The notes under the pieces are model-generated. The model had not been told where the DNA came from. It was given only the letters and a program-made list of their open reading frames with translations, and ran no database searches. DNA of 63,297 nt, counting the filler, from Barthelona sp. PAP020 (lineage: Eukaryota), in NCBI GenBank assembly GCA_040182905.1. It is 5 parts of 5 records of this genome, joined end to end, with 100 filler letters (N's around TTAATTAATTAA, not from the genome) between each part and the next. Parts side by side here need not be neighbours in the genome. Positions count along the whole stretch, not along the records: positions 50,812 to 63,297 come from JARQWU010000345.1; 4 more parts are not named here. One strand, given 5' to 3'. Both the position numbers and the translations under genes were made by a program. Within the stretch, counting starts at the first letter, position 1; each line of letters starts with the position of its first letter. Of this stretch, positions 63,018 through 63,297 are shown piece by piece.

Positions 63018-63297
63018 TTAAAATTTTGCTTTTGCAATAATACAAATTGGAATGGAAAATTTTTCCAAAATTTTCACACTTGATCGTTCTAATTACATTT
63101 CAGTCCCTCAATTCCCTTCCTGGAATTTTGACTGAAATTTGCTAGAATGAGTTTTTTGAGTTTACTTTCTTTGTAAATAAATATAGTTGTTTCGCAACTG
63201 AACCAAATAAGAAAAAATAGAATTATTTTGATTTAAGATTTCTCACATACTTTTTAATGAACTGAATTTCTTTTTGCTTTTTTTTTTTTTTTAATTT

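Noticed and set aside
1..63297. Stop-codon reassignment (TAR to Gln or TGA to Trp)
   Set aside because: Conserved genes read through fully under the standard code and end at expected positions with TAA, TAG or TGA

Overview
AT-rich, gene-dense eukaryotic (protist) DNA made of five unrelated contigs (12807, 12559, 12534, 12511, 12486 nt, in descending size) joined by artificial 100-nt N44-TTAATTAATTAA-N44 linkers, so adjacency across linkers is meaningless. About 32 protein-coding genes use the standard genetic code and are almost all intronless. I found three short 5'-proximal spliceosomal introns (RPS24, RPS11, a large USP gene) with the branch point almost fused to the 3' AG. Recognisable genes: ASCC3/Slh1 helicase, RPS24, RPS11, RPL15, RPN11 (partial), RPA3, pyruvate phosphate dikinase, flagellar proteins (CLAMP-domain, CCDC180-like, LRRC9), alpha-tubulin (5' fragment), PP4R3-like, PITP, CPBP protease, ODR-4-like, the gamete fusogen HAP2/GCS1, a P4-ATPase, a Tudor protein with RDDRY repeats, SLC35F, cystatin, DUF1749 hydrolase, MFS transporter, an NPF-repeat nucleoporin candidate and ENY2. 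Together these suggest (inference) an anaerobic flagellate, possibly a metamonad. The most interesting signals are an intact HAP2, the intron architecture, a diverged structured non-coding element shared by two contig ends, a candidate TGTAAA poly(A) signal, a shared motif upstream of ribosomal protein genes and a Nup153/Nup1-like protein with NPF instead of FxFG repeats. All family calls come from motif recognition by eye, not from database searches.
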